From assembly GCA_963778655.1 (NCBI GenBank), contig CAVZVA010000009.1, positions 224,001 through 288,000 of the forward strand: a stretch of 64,000 nt of DNA, in the 5' to 3' direction. Shown here one piece after another: positions 39,740 to 51,002 of this stretch. The stretch is from an uncultured delta proteobacterium. GTDB lineage: Bacteria > Myxococcota_A > Polyangia > Polyangiales > JAFGIB01. Under the pieces are notes generated by a model that saw only the letters and a list, made by a program, of their open reading frames with translations, searched no databases and was not told where the DNA came from. Position numbers and translations under genes: made by a program. Within the stretch, counting starts at the first letter, position 1; each line of letters opens with the position of its first letter.

Positions 39740-39967
39740 GACGGGGGCTCCTGTGGGCGCGCGGTCAGGCCGCCGGCGCCCGGCGCGGCTTGCTGTAGCA
39801 CGAGCCGCGCCGGGCGCGAGGGCCTCTTGCGCGCGAGGGGTGCCGGCGCCACAAACCAGGCCTTGGGCCAGGGTTCTGCGCGAGACAATTCCGGTGAGCT
39901 GCAGGCTCCGCGAAACTTGCGCTCGGGGGCGATCTGGCCAATGGTCAGGCGGCAGGGAACGGGAACG

Positions 39968-42223
39968 ATGCGACGGATTTGCGGCACCTGTTTGGGCTTG
40001 CTGCTGGGCCTGCTGGGCGGAGCCGCGTGTCAACTGCATTCCGCAGACAAGACGCCGCCGCCCGCGCCGGCTCCGCTCACGACCCCGCCGCGGGCGCCCA
40101 AGCACGTGCCGCTCGCGCCGCCGCCGAGCGCCGACCTGCCCCCGATGACCCAGCCGGTTCCGCTGTGGGAGCACGGCAAGGCCAGCGGCCAGATCGACGC
40201 CGCCACCGCCACCTCGCGCGGCTACGTAGTGCTCGACCTGGGCGAGGCCTGGGTGCCTTACATCTTCACCGACGGCGTGGGCGACAGGGGCCAGCCGCTC
40301 ACGAACGCCTACCGCAAGGTGTACCTGGAGCTGGCGCGCGGTGAGTTCCCAGACGACTACCACGGCGAGCGCGCGCGCGACGACAAGTACCTGGAGCTGT
40401 ACGGGATCCAGCCGACCTTCCGCCTGCTCAGGCAGCGCTTCGAGCACACCGCCAACCTGGAGTGCGCCCGCCATCTCGACCTGAGCCCGCTGGCCGACTA
40501 CCACGGGCTGATCGTCTTCGACTCGAACGACGCCGCATTCAAGTTCGCCGGCGACTTCGTCTACCTGCACCGGGTGGTCGAAAAGCTGATGCACAAGCAG
40601 CACGTCAAGACGCCCGAGCAGCTCGACCCGGCGCGCCTGAGCGACCGCGACAAGGATCGGCTCAAGCGCTACTTCAAGGTCGCGCCCGAGTACTACGCCG
40701 TCGACGCGACGCAGAAGCGCCTCAAGTGCGAGGGCTTCTTCAAGGGCAAGGGGCGCTTCGTGCGCGGTGCGCTCGACTGGAACACGCGCGACGCGCTGGC
40801 CGAATTCGAGCGCAAGCACCGGGTGTTCAGCTGGGGTTATCTCGGCAAGCACACGCTCGAGGCGCTGCGCGAGCCGCCGCTCGAGGGCGAGCGCGACACG
40901 GTGCTGCGCGTGCTGGGCGAGCGCGCGGTGCACGCGGCGTCGGTGCTGGAGGACGGCAGCACCAGCACGGACAAGGACGGCAAGCCGCGCACGTTCACGG
41001 GCGCGGACGGCAAGCAGCATCCGATACCAAATCTGGTCGCCGATCTCGGCCAGCGCGTGATCGAGGCCTTCGGCCTGCAGACGCCGGAGTCGACGCTCGC
41101 GTGGCTGCAGTCGCTGGGCAAGCTGCCTGCGGGCGAGCACCAGTTCGTCGCGATCCGCGGGCCGGAGCTGCCCGAGTACTACGACGGCGACATGGACCTG
41201 ACGCTCGACTACGATCGCGGCGACGTCTGGTACGACTTTCCCTACGACGATAAGGGGCGCGAGATCTTCCAGCCGGTGTCGCGCCGGCCCAGCGTCACCG
41301 TGTTCGCGCAATACTTGGGTCAGAAGATCCCGCTCGCGCGCTACGGCACCACCATCGGCGGCTGGCGCAGCGAGCAGGTGGGCGACACGCTGATGTGGAA
41401 GTACAAGGAGTCTCCCGTCGGGCCGCGCGTGTGGTCGGAGATCGTGGCCTCGCCGGTATGGCTGCCGCCCGACACCACGCCGCCCAAGGAGCTGCTCAGG
41501 CGGCGCAGGAATAGGCAGCCCGGCGATCCGAAGTACGAGGTCAACTACTACGAGACCGGCCCCAGCTACGCCTCGGCTTACGGGCTGGTGGCCGCGTACC
41601 ACCGCAAGTACCTGGAGCACGCGGATGGCCGTATCGACCTGGGTCAGGACGAGGGCATCCGCACCCACGGCTCGGTCGATTACATGAGCATCATGCGCAG
41701 GCACTCGCACGGGTGCCACCGCCTGCACAACCACATCGCCTTGCGCTTGATGTCGTTCGTGCTGTCGCACCGCCCGCACCACCGCCTGGGCCAGGAGTCG
41801 ATCGGCTTCAAGAAGGAGCTCCAATACGAGGACGAGACCTACGAGATGGAGCTCAAGCAAGGCGGCTACGTGTTCCAGCTCGATACGCCGCTCAAGGTGG
41901 AAGTGCTCGAAGGGCGCATCCGCGGCAAGGTGAAGAAGGCGATCGAGTTCGCGATTCCGAAGTACGACGAGACGGCGGGCGCCTACGTCGAGCCTGACGG
42001 CGGCGCGGTCGAGCTGCGCGGCGATCAGCTGATCGCCGTGCCGCTGCCGGAGCGGCCCGACGGCGGCGTCGCCGCCCCGCTCGAAGCGGCCGAGGGGCCG
42101 CCCGCGCCGCCCAGCATCCCGGTCGCGCCAGTGGCAGCACCGGCCGGCGGTCGTTACGACGCCAAGGCCGCGGCCAACCCGAAGAAGGCACCCCCGACCT
42201 TCTTCCCCAAGCCGGAAGGATAA
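39968..42223 (+). CDS. Large lipoprotein with L,D-transpeptidase (YkuD-like) catalytic domain
   Basis: Lipobox LGGAAC; PG-binding-like segment GALDWNTRDALAEFERK; SPVWLPP; catalytic IRTHGS-x-SHGCHRLHN. Confidence 0.82.
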   Translation: MRRICGTCLGLLLGLLGGAACQLHSADKTPPPAPAPLTTPPRAPKHVPLAPPPSADLPPMTQPVPLWEHGKASGQIDAATATSRGYVVLDLGEAWVPYIFTDGVGDRGQPLTNAYRKVYLELARGEFPDDYHGERARDDKYLELYGIQPTFRLLRQRFEHTANLECARHLDLSPLADYHGLIVFDSNDAAFKFAGDFVYLHRVVEKLMHKQHVKTPEQLDPARLSDRDKDRLKRYFKVAPEYYAVDATQKRLKCEGFFKGKGRFVRGALDWNTRDALAEFERKHRVFSWGYLGKHTLEALREPPLEGERDTVLRVLGERAVHAASVLEDGSTSTDKDGKPRTFTGADGKQHPIPNLVADLGQRVIEAFGLQTPESTLAWLQSLGKLPAGEHQFVAIRGPELPEYYDGDMDLTLDYDRGDVWYDFPYDDKGREIFQPVSRRPSVTVFAQYLGQKIPLARYGTTIGGWRSEQVGDTLMWKYKESPVGPRVWSEIVASPVWLPPDTTPPKELLRRRRNRQPGDPKYEVNYYETGPSYASAYGLVAAYHRKYLEHADGRIDLGQDEGIRTHGSVDYMSIMRRHSHGCHRLHNHIALRLMSFVLSHRPHHRLGQESIGFKKELQYEDETYEMELKQGGYVFQLDTPLKVEVLEGRIRGKVKKAIEFAIPKYDETAGAYVEPDGGAVELRGDQLIAVPLPERPDGGVAAPLEAAEGPPAPPSIPVAPVAAPAGGRYDAKAAANPKKAPPTFFPKPEG

Positions 42224-42272
42224 CGGGGCGGTCTTCAGGCAACCCGCGGGCGAGGCGGCCGATAGGCTCGCC

Positions 42273-43196
42273 ATGGCGCGTCCCATGCTCGTCCTGCCCG
42301 AGCCGGCGCGGGTGATCGGGCCCGCGCACAGCGATTGGCCCGCGTCGCTGGACCGGCTGCCTGATCCGCCGAGCCAGCTGCGCGTGGCCGGGCGGCTGCC
42401 AGCGCTGGCCGGCGCGGTGGCGGTGGTGGGCACCCGCTACGCGGACGATGACGCGCTGGATTTCGCGCGCGAGCTGGGACGCGCGCTGGCCGCCGCCGGG
42501 CGTGCGGTGATCTCGGGCGGCGCGCTCGGCATCGACGGCGCCGCGCACCAGGGCGCGCTGGAGGCGGGCGGCTGCACGGTGGCGGTGCTCGCGAACGGCT
42601 TCGACCCGCCGTACCCGCGCGGTCACGTCCGGCTGTTCGAGCGGATCGCCGGGACCGGGGCGCTGCTCAGCGAGCAGCCGGACGGAACGCCGCCGGTCCG
42701 CTGGTCGTTTCTGGCACGTAACCGCCTGATCGCCGCGCTGGCCGAGGCCGTGGTCGTGGTTCAGGCTCCGGTGCGCTCCGGCGCGTTGTCCACGGCGGCG
42801 TTCGCGGTCAGGCTAGAAAAGCAAGTGTTTACAGTGCCTTATGCTCCGTGGCAGGTGCGGGGGCAGGGCTGCCTGGGGTTGCTGCGCCGCGGTGCCCGCA
42901 TTTGCACTTCGGCTCGAGATGTCCTATCGGTACGCCCTCACGGCTCCGGCGGAGGTTTCGCGCAGGCGCCGAATGGGGCGGAAGATCGTCACGATTTCAA
43001 TGAGTTGGACGATGTTGCTCAGACCGTGCTGCGGGCTCTCGGGGGACGACCCCGGCATCCGGACGAGTTGGCGAGCGCGCTCGGCATGCGCATCATGACG
43101 ATCCAGCAGGCGCTGCTGCAGCTCTTGCTGCAGGGCCTGGCCAGCGAGCAAGGCCCGGGCGCCTACGTGAAGCGGACCCGCGATTCGACGCGATGA
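42273..43196 (+). CDS. dprA: DNA-processing protein DprA
   Basis: VAVVGTR, VISGGALGIDGAAHQGAL, FLARNRLIAAL, SGALSTA, C-terminal winged helix. Confidence 0.95.
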   Translation: MARPMLVLPEPARVIGPAHSDWPASLDRLPDPPSQLRVAGRLPALAGAVAVVGTRYADDDALDFARELGRALAAAGRAVISGGALGIDGAAHQGALEAGGCTVAVLANGFDPPYPRGHVRLFERIAGTGALLSEQPDGTPPVRWSFLARNRLIAALAEAVVVVQAPVRSGALSTAAFAVRLEKQVFTVPYAPWQVRGQGCLGLLRRGARICTSARDVLSVRPHGSGGGFAQAPNGAEDRHDFNELDDVAQTVLRALGGRPRHPDELASALGMRIMTIQQALLQLLLQGLASEQGPGAYVKRTRDSTR

Positions 43197-45757
43197 GCAA
43201 ACCCACCCAAAAGTCAGCCAAGAAGAAGGCCGCCGCCCCGCGCAAGGCTGCTGGCAAGGCGTCGCCCGCTCCGGCCGCGGCGAGCGCGGCCGCGCGCCAG
43301 GCCAGCGCCCCCGCCGCGGATGCCGGGGAGCCTGCCGAGCTCAAGGCGCGCGCGCCGCGCAGCCGCGGCACCTTGCTGATCGTCGAGTCGCCGGCCAAGG
43401 CCAAGACCATCCAGAAGTACCTGGGGCGCGGCTACGTGGTGTTGGCCTCCAAGGGCCACATCAAGGATCTGCCCAAGCGCGGCGGGGTCGACATCGATCA
43501 CGGCTTCAAGGAGACCTACGAGGTCATCGCCGAGAAGGGCAAGTCGGAGGTGCTGCACTCGATCCGCGAGGCCGCCAAGCGCGCCGACCGGGTGTTCCTC
43601 GCGCCCGACCCCGACCGCGAAGGCGAGGCGATCGCCTGGCATCTGGCCGAGGAGATCAAGGACGTGCGCCCCGAGATCGAGGTGCGCCGCGTGCTGTTCA
43701 ATGAGATCACCAAGAAGGGTGTGCAGGAGGGCATCGAGCATCCGCGCGACCTCGACCCGTACCTGTACGAGGCTCAGCGCACGCGCCGCGTGCTCGACCG
43801 CATCGGCGGCTACCCGCTGTCGAACCTGCTCTGGCGCAAGCTCGCGTTCGGGCTTTCGGCCGGGCGCGTGCAGACGCCCGCGCTGCGCATCCTGGTCGAC
43901 CGCCAGCACGAGATCGACTCCTTCGTGCCGCGGCCGTACTGGTTGATCGAAGCGCAGCTCGGCGGCGAGTTGCCGCCGGCGTTCGTGGCCATGCTGGACT
44001 CGGCCGGTGGCGAGAAGCTGGAGAAGGTGTCGTCGCGCCCGGCGGCGACCAGCGAGCTTGACGCGCGGCGCTTCGAGCAGGATCTGGCGGCGGCCAGCTA
44101 CCGCGTCAGCAAGGTGATCAAGCGCGAGCGCAAAGCGCGCGCGCCCGCGCCTTACACCACGAGCAAGCTGCAGCAGGACGCCAGCAACCGGCTGGGCATG
44201 AACCCCAAACGGGCGATGCGCGTGGCGCAAGGGCTGTACGAGGGCGTCTCGCTGGGCAAGGGCGAGCAGGAGGAGACCGTCGGTCTCATCACCTACATGC
44301 GTACCGACAGCCTGCGTCTCTCCACCGAAGCCGTGCAGGCGTGCCGCGAATACATCGGCGCGACCTATGGCGAAAAGGCGTTGCCCGAGGCGCCCAACGC
44401 GTTCAAGAGCAAAAAGCAGAACGTGCAGGACGCGCACGAGGCGATTCGCCCGACCCGCATGGACCTGCCGCCCGAGAGCATCCGCAGGCACCTGACCGAC
44501 GAGCGCTACCGGCTGTACAAGCTGATCTGGGATCGCTTCGTCGCCTGTCAGATGGTGCCCGCGGTCTACGACCAGACCAGCGTGGAAATCGAGGCCGCCG
44601 CCGGCGACCGCAGCTACGGGCTGCGCGCCAGCGGCAGCGTGCTCAAGCTGGCCGGATGGCGCGCGGTCTACGGCGCCGGCGAGCCCGGTTCGCTGGCCGG
44701 CGAGGAAGATCAGAGCCCCGACGACGAGGACAGCCGCAATCTGCCGCCGCTGCGCGAGGGCGAGGCGCTGAAGCTCACCGGCTCGGGCGTGAGCGTGACC
44801 GCCAAACAGACCGAGCCGCCGCCTTATTACAACGAAGCCTCGCTGGTGAAGAAGCTCGAAGAGGAAGGCATCGGGCGCCCCAGCACCTACGCCGAGATCC
44901 TCAGCAAGGTGCAGGCGCGCGACTACGTCAAGAAGGTCAACAACAAGCTGGTGCCCACCGATCTGGGCAAGCTGGTGGCCGAGCGCCTGGTGGCCGACAA
45001 ATTCGACCTGGCGGATCTCGACTTCACGCGCAAGCTGGAAGAGGACCTGGACGCGATCGCCGAGGCGCGCGGCAAGCGGCTCGACATCCTGGCGCCGTTC
45101 CACGAGCGCTTGCAGAAGAAGATCGCCGCGAGCCTGGAGGAGAAGGGCAAGTGGTGGCCCGAGCCGGAGTCGATCGACGAGCAGTGCCCCGAGTGCGGCA
45201 AGCCCTTGAAGAAGCGCTGGGGCCGCAACGGCGCGTTCATCGGCTGCGATGGCTACCCGGACTGCAAGTACACCCGCGCCCTGCCGGGCGAGGGCGGCGA
45301 GGGCGACGAGGGCGGCAGCCGCCGGCCAGAGCTGACCGACTACAAGTGCGAGCTGTGCGGCGCGCCGATGATGAAGCGCTGGGGCCGCAACGGCTGGTTC
45401 CTCGGCTGCTCGACCTTTCCCAAGTGCAAGTCCACCCGCAGCCTGCCGCTGGGCGTGAAGTGTCCCAAGTGCGGCGGCGAGGTGATCGAGATCCGCACCA
45501 AGGCGCGCAAGCGCCCGTTCTACGGCTGCACCAACTACGGCACCGCGATCAAGTGCGACTTCCGCAGCTGGCAGCGGCCGGTGGCCGAGGACTGCCCGCA
45601 GTGCGGGGCCAAGTTCCTGGTGCGCGCAGGCAGCGCCCAGTCTCCGCTGCTGCGCTGCATCACCGAGGGTTGCGGCTACGAGCGCGTGCCCGAGGAGTCG
45701 GGCGAGCCCGGGGCGCAGGAGCAGCAGCTGAGCCCGGCGGCTTCCGGCGAGGGTTGA
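43193..45757 (+). CDS. topA: DNA topoisomerase I
   Basis: LLIVESPAKAKTI, DPDREGEAI, SAGRVQ, LITYMRTDS, QDAHEAIRPT, GIGRPSTYA, C-terminal Zn ribbons. Confidence 0.97.
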   Translation: MSKPTQKSAKKKAAAPRKAAGKASPAPAAASAAARQASAPAADAGEPAELKARAPRSRGTLLIVESPAKAKTIQKYLGRGYVVLASKGHIKDLPKRGGVDIDHGFKETYEVIAEKGKSEVLHSIREAAKRADRVFLAPDPDREGEAIAWHLAEEIKDVRPEIEVRRVLFNEITKKGVQEGIEHPRDLDPYLYEAQRTRRVLDRIGGYPLSNLLWRKLAFGLSAGRVQTPALRILVDRQHEIDSFVPRPYWLIEAQLGGELPPAFVAMLDSAGGEKLEKVSSRPAATSELDARRFEQDLAAASYRVSKVIKRERKARAPAPYTTSKLQQDASNRLGMNPKRAMRVAQGLYEGVSLGKGEQEETVGLITYMRTDSLRLSTEAVQACREYIGATYGEKALPEAPNAFKSKKQNVQDAHEAIRPTRMDLPPESIRRHLTDERYRLYKLIWDRFVACQMVPAVYDQTSVEIEAAAGDRSYGLRASGSVLKLAGWRAVYGAGEPGSLAGEEDQSPDDEDSRNLPPLREGEALKLTGSGVSVTAKQTEPPPYYNEASLVKKLEEEGIGRPSTYAEILSKVQARDYVKKVNNKLVPTDLGKLVAERLVADKFDLADLDFTRKLEEDLDAIAEARGKRLDILAPFHERLQKKIAASLEEKGKWWPEPESIDEQCPECGKPLKKRWGRNGAFIGCDGYPDCKYTRALPGEGGEGDEGGSRRPELTDYKCELCGAPMMKRWGRNGWFLGCSTFPKCKSTRSLPLGVKCPKCGGEVIEIRTKARKRPFYGCTNYGTAIKCDFRSWQRPVAEDCPQCGAKFLVRAGSAQSPLLRCITEGCGYERVPEESGEPGAQEQQLSPAASGEG

Positions 45758-45760
45758 GCC

Positions 45761-47128
45761 GTGGCCAGCGTGACCGCGGGCGTCACCATCGTCGGCGGCG
45801 GGCTGGCGGGCGTGGAGTGCGCGCACCAGCTCGCCCGGCGCGGCGTGCACGTGCGGCTGTGCGAGCAGAAGCCGGCCGCGCGCACGCCCGCCTGCCGCGG
45901 CGACGCGCTGGCCGAGCTGGTGTGCTCCAACTCGCTGCGTGCGGCCTCGCTGCACAACGCCGTCGGCCTGCTCAAAGAAGAGATGCGTCGCGCCGGCTCG
46001 CTGGTGATGCGCTGCGCCGATCTCACGCGCGTGCCGGCGGGCGGTGCGCTGGCGGTCGACCGCGAGCGCTTTTCGGCCGAGGTGACCAGGCACATCGACG
46101 GCGACCCGAACATCGAGCGCGTGGTCGATCGCGTCGAGCGCATCCCCGACGCGCGGCCGCTGGTGCTCGCGACCGGACCGCTCACAGGTGACGCGCTGGC
46201 GCGTGACCTGGCGCGCGCGATCGGCCGCGAGCAGCTCGCGTACTACGACAGCGTGGCGCCGATCGTGACCGCCGACAGCATCGACCACGACAAGGTCTTC
46301 GCGGCATCGCGCTACGACAAGGGCGGCGACGATGCCTACCTCAACTGCGCGCTCGACCGCGAGCAGTACCAGGCGTTCGTGCAGGCGCTGCTCGGCGCCG
46401 AGAAGGTCGCGCCGCACGCCTTCGAGTCGGTGCGTTACTTCGAGGGTTGCCTGCCGATCGAGGTGCTGGCCGAGCGCGGGCCCGACACGCTGGCGTTCGG
46501 CCCGATGAAGCCGGTGGGCCTGACCGACCCGCGCAGCGGGCGGCGGCCGCACGCGGTGGTGCAGCTGCGGCGCGAGGACCGCGAGGGCACGGCTTACAAT
46601 CTAGTGGGCTTCCAGACGCGCATGACCCAGGCCGAGCAGCGGCGCGTGTTCGCGCTGATCCCCGGTCTGCAGCGCGCGCGCTTCGAGCGCTTCGGCAGCG
46701 TACATCGCAACACCTTCGTCGACGCGCCGCAGGTGCTCGACGAAACGCTGGCGCTGCGCGCGCTGCCGGGCGTGTACCTGGCGGGGCAGATCACCGGCGT
46801 CGAGGGCTACGTCGAGAGCGCCGCGTGCGGGCTGTGCGTGGGGGTGATGCTGGCCGAACGCTTGCACGGGCGAGCCGGCTCGCCGCCGCCGGCCACCACC
46901 GCGTTGGGCGCGCTGCTCTCCCACCTGCGCAGGCCAAGCCCGGACTTCCAACCGTCCAACGTGGTGTTCAGCATGTTCCCCCCGCTCGAGCAGACGCGCC
47001 GGCTGGGCCGCAAGGACCGGCGCGAAGCGCTCGCCGCGCGCGCGTTGCGCGATCTCGCGGGCTGGAGCGCGGCCATCGCTGTAACGCCGGACACGCGCGA
47101 GCCCGTGCTGGCCGCGGTCGAGGGCTGA
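45761..47128 (+). CDS. trmFO: Folate/FAD-dependent tRNA (uracil-54) methyltransferase
   Basis: [58 protein letters not shown]. Confidence 0.96.
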   Translation: MASVTAGVTIVGGGLAGVECAHQLARRGVHVRLCEQKPAARTPACRGDALAELVCSNSLRAASLHNAVGLLKEEMRRAGSLVMRCADLTRVPAGGALAVDRERFSAEVTRHIDGDPNIERVVDRVERIPDARPLVLATGPLTGDALARDLARAIGREQLAYYDSVAPIVTADSIDHDKVFAASRYDKGGDDAYLNCALDREQYQAFVQALLGAEKVAPHAFESVRYFEGCLPIEVLAERGPDTLAFGPMKPVGLTDPRSGRRPHAVVQLRREDREGTAYNLVGFQTRMTQAEQRRVFALIPGLQRARFERFGSVHRNTFVDAPQVLDETLALRALPGVYLAGQITGVEGYVESAACGLCVGVMLAERLHGRAGSPPPATTALGALLSHLRRPSPDFQPSNVVFSMFPPLEQTRRLGRKDRREALAARALRDLAGWSAAIAVTPDTREPVLAAVEG

Positions 47129-47131
47129 GCG

Positions 47132-47674
47132 GTGTCGGGCGGTGAGCCCCAGCGCAGCCCGCGAGCGCAGGGGCGGCCCAGCGTGCAGGAGCCCGATGGC
47201 TGGTCGGAGGGGCCGCCGCTGCCGCGCTGGGTGCTGTGGTTGATGCTGCCCGGCATCGTAGGCCCCTTGCTGATCTTCGGCTTCATCGTGGTGACGCACC
47301 GCGCGCACGACGAGGCGCGCTGCCCCTATCACGAGATCACGCAACGCTCGCTGGGCAGCGGGGCGATTGTGCGCGAGGAGGCTCGCAGCTGTCTGGCGGG
47401 CGTGGAGGAGCACCGCTACAGCCTGCTGCGCGGCGCGCAGCGGCAGGTGCTGGGCACACGGCGCTTCGACGCCGAGGCGTTCGCGCCGGCGGCGTATCGC
47501 TGGAGCGCGCGCGTCACGCCCCAGGGCGAAGTGCAGGTGGTGGTCCACAACCCAGGCCACGACGACGTGTTGTTTCGGGAAGGCACCGCCGAGGAGCACG
47601 CCAAGGGCATCTCCGAGCGCCACGTGCCTGCGCCGCCGCCGGCCGCGGGGACCGCAGGCGTACGCGCGCCGTGA
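47132..47674 (+). CDS. Hypothetical single-pass membrane protein
   Basis: TM helix WVLWLMLPGIVGPLLIFGFIVV then small beta-rich domain with two Cys; starts 3 bp after trmFO stop. Confidence 0.65.
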   Translation: MSGGEPQRSPRAQGRPSVQEPDGWSEGPPLPRWVLWLMLPGIVGPLLIFGFIVVTHRAHDEARCPYHEITQRSLGSGAIVREEARSCLAGVEEHRYSLLRGAQRQVLGTRRFDAEAFAPAAYRWSARVTPQGEVQVVVHNPGHDDVLFREGTAEEHAKGISERHVPAPPPAAGTAGVRAP

Positions 47675-47690
47675 GGCCACAGCGCAGGAG

Positions 47691-47706
47691 ACAGGAAGTC
47701 GGGAAG
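47691..47706 (+). repeat. Family A half element
   Basis: ACAGGAAGTCGGGAAG, left arm only. Confidence 0.45.
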
Positions 47707-47803
47707 GAGTTGAACGCGCGGGCGGGTTCCGATCGAGCGCAGCCTGATCAGCATCGATGGGTGGAAACTTGAGCGCTGCGCTCGCAGCCGGCACCATCTT
47801 CGC

Positions 47804-48826
47804 ATGGGCGCGCCAGAGGCAGCTCCAGACGACGCGCTCGGTCGGCAGATCGCGGGCTTTATAGAGCGGCTGGGCTCCGAGCGCCGCGCCGCCCTGCTCA
47901 CGGTCCGCACCTACGGGCGCGATCTGTGGGCGCTGCACGCATTCGCGCGCGAGCACGGCTTGCCGCTCGACGCGCGCGCGTTGTCGGTGCCCGCGCTGCG
48001 GCGCTTTCTGGCCAGCTTCGTGGGTCGCAACCGCGCGCCCACGGTGGCGCGCAAGGTGGCGGCGCTGCGCGCCTTCTACCGCGACCTACACCGGCGCGGC
48101 GAGGTCGCGGACAATCCGGCCGCCCGGCTGCGGCTGCCCAAGGTCAAGCGCACGCTGCCGAAATTCCTTTCGGTGGAGGCGGCCGGCGAGCTGATGGAGG
48201 CGCCCTCGGCGGCCAGCAGCGATGGGCCGCTGCTCGACCGCGATCGGGCGCTGCTCGAGCTGCTCTACGGCGCGGGGCTGCGCGTCAGCGAGCTGGTCGG
48301 TCTCGACCTGCAGCACCTCGATCTGCCGGCGCGCAGCGCGCGGGTGCTGGGCAAGGGCAGCAAGGAGCGGCTGGTGCCCTTCGGCGAGCCGTGCGCCCAG
48401 GCGCTGCAGCAGTACCTGACGCAGCGCCCGCGGCTGCGCCACCCGCGCAGCGGCGCGCAGCACCCGCAGGCGCTGTTCCTGGGCCGCCACGGCACGCGCC
48501 TGACGGCGCGCCAGGTTCAGCACCTAGTGCGGCGCTACGGCATGTCGGCGGCCGGGCGCGCGGACGTGCATCCGCACGCGCTGCGCCATAGCTGCGCCAC
48601 GCACCTGCTTGACGCCGGCGCCGACCTGCGCGGCATCCAAGAGCTGCTCGGCCACGCCAGCCTATCGACCACCCAGCGCTACACCCACGTCAGCATCGAC
48701 CGTCTGCTCGAGGTCTACGCCAAGGCGCATCCTTTGTCGGGGCGGCACGCCGCTCCGCGGGCACGCCCCAATGGAGTGAATCCGTCGGGGCCCCGGGCGA
48801 AAGGGTCCTCCGGCGGGCTTGACTAA
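47804..48826 (+). CDS. xerC: Tyrosine recombinase XerC
   Basis: RDRALLELLYGAGLRVSEL, VLGKGSKER, HPHALRHSCATHLL, LLGHASLSTTQRYTH; position between trmFO and hslV. Confidence 0.92.
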   Translation: MGAPEAAPDDALGRQIAGFIERLGSERRAALLTVRTYGRDLWALHAFAREHGLPLDARALSVPALRRFLASFVGRNRAPTVARKVAALRAFYRDLHRRGEVADNPAARLRLPKVKRTLPKFLSVEAAGELMEAPSAASSDGPLLDRDRALLELLYGAGLRVSELVGLDLQHLDLPARSARVLGKGSKERLVPFGEPCAQALQQYLTQRPRLRHPRSGAQHPQALFLGRHGTRLTARQVQHLVRRYGMSAAGRADVHPHALRHSCATHLLDAGADLRGIQELLGHASLSTTQRYTHVSIDRLLEVYAKAHPLSGRHAAPRARPNGVNPSGPRAKGSSGGLD

Positions 48827-48846
48827 CCCCCCAGGCGGCCTAGCTT
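48819..48846 (+). promoter_or_regulatory. Sigma70-like promoter, probably leaderless hslV transcript
   Basis: TTGACT-N16-TAGCTT, ATG 7 nt after the -10, no SD. Confidence 0.45.
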
Positions 48847-48853
48847 TGCTGCG

Positions 48854-49408
48854 ATGTCGCAGCCCCAACAGCCCGTGTTCCATTCCACCACCGTCATCGC
48901 CGTGCGCCGCGAGGGGCGTGGCGCGATGGCCGGCGACGGCCAGGTCTCGATCGGCAACACCGTGGTCAAGGGGCACGCGCGCAAGGTGCGCACGCTGGCT
49001 GGCGGCTCGGTGCTGACCGGCTTTGCCGGCGCTAGCGCGGACGCGTTCACGCTGCTCGAGCGCTTCGAGCAGAAGCTGGAGGCGCACCGCCGCAACCTGG
49101 CGCGCGCCGCGGTCGAGCTGGCCAAGGACTGGCGCACCGACCGGTTCCTGCGCCGGCTCGAGGCCATGCTGGTGGTCATGGACAAAGAGAGCATGTTCCT
49201 GCTGAGCGGGACCGGCGACGTGATCGAGCCCGACGAGGGCGTGATCGCGATCGGCTCGGGCGGCAGCTACGCGCTGGCCGCGGCCCGCGCGCTGCTGCGC
49301 CACACACCGCTCAGCGCGGGGGAGGTCGCGCGCGAGGCGTTGCGCATTGCGGGCGAGATCTGCATCTACACCAACGACGCGATCGTGGTCGAGGAGCTGC
49401 CGGCGTGA
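48854..49408 (+). CDS. hslV: ATP-dependent protease peptidase subunit
   Basis: [46 protein letters not shown]. Confidence 0.96.
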   Translation: MSQPQQPVFHSTTVIAVRREGRGAMAGDGQVSIGNTVVKGHARKVRTLAGGSVLTGFAGASADAFTLLERFEQKLEAHRRNLARAAVELAKDWRTDRFLRRLEAMLVVMDKESMFLLSGTGDVIEPDEGVIAIGSGGSYALAAARALLRHTPLSAGEVAREALRIAGEICIYTNDAIVVEELPA

Positions 49409-49442
49409 GCCTGCCTGCGCCGAGCCGCGGCGGAGACCCGTC

Positions 49443-50846
<1,404 letters not shown>

Positions 50847-50865
50847 CGCACCGGGCACGTATTTC

Positions 50866-50943
50866 GGGAATCACAGGAAGACGGGAGACGGGAAGACTCC
50901 TCAACCCTTCCCATCCAACTTCCCGCCTCCCTGTTGCATCCCT
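50866..50943. repeat. REP-like inverted repeat, family A
   Basis: ACAGGAAGACGGGAGACGGGAAG (50873-95) ... CTTCCCGCCTCCCTGT (50919-34). Confidence 0.7.
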
Positions 50944-50948
50944 CCGCT

Positions 50949-50977
50949 TTGACATTGGCGAAACTTGCGCACACGCT
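50949..50977 (+). promoter_or_regulatory. Sigma70-like promoter upstream of argB
   Basis: TTGACA-N17-CACGCT (perfect -35, weak -10). Confidence 0.35.
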
Positions 50978-51002
50978 TCCGGCTTCCCGGCGGGGACCTG
51001 CC

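Noticed and set aside
47804..48826. Tyrosine recombinase as phage/island integrase
   Set aside because: Sits in the housekeeping trmFO-xerC-hslVU context with no att sites, tRNA or cargo.
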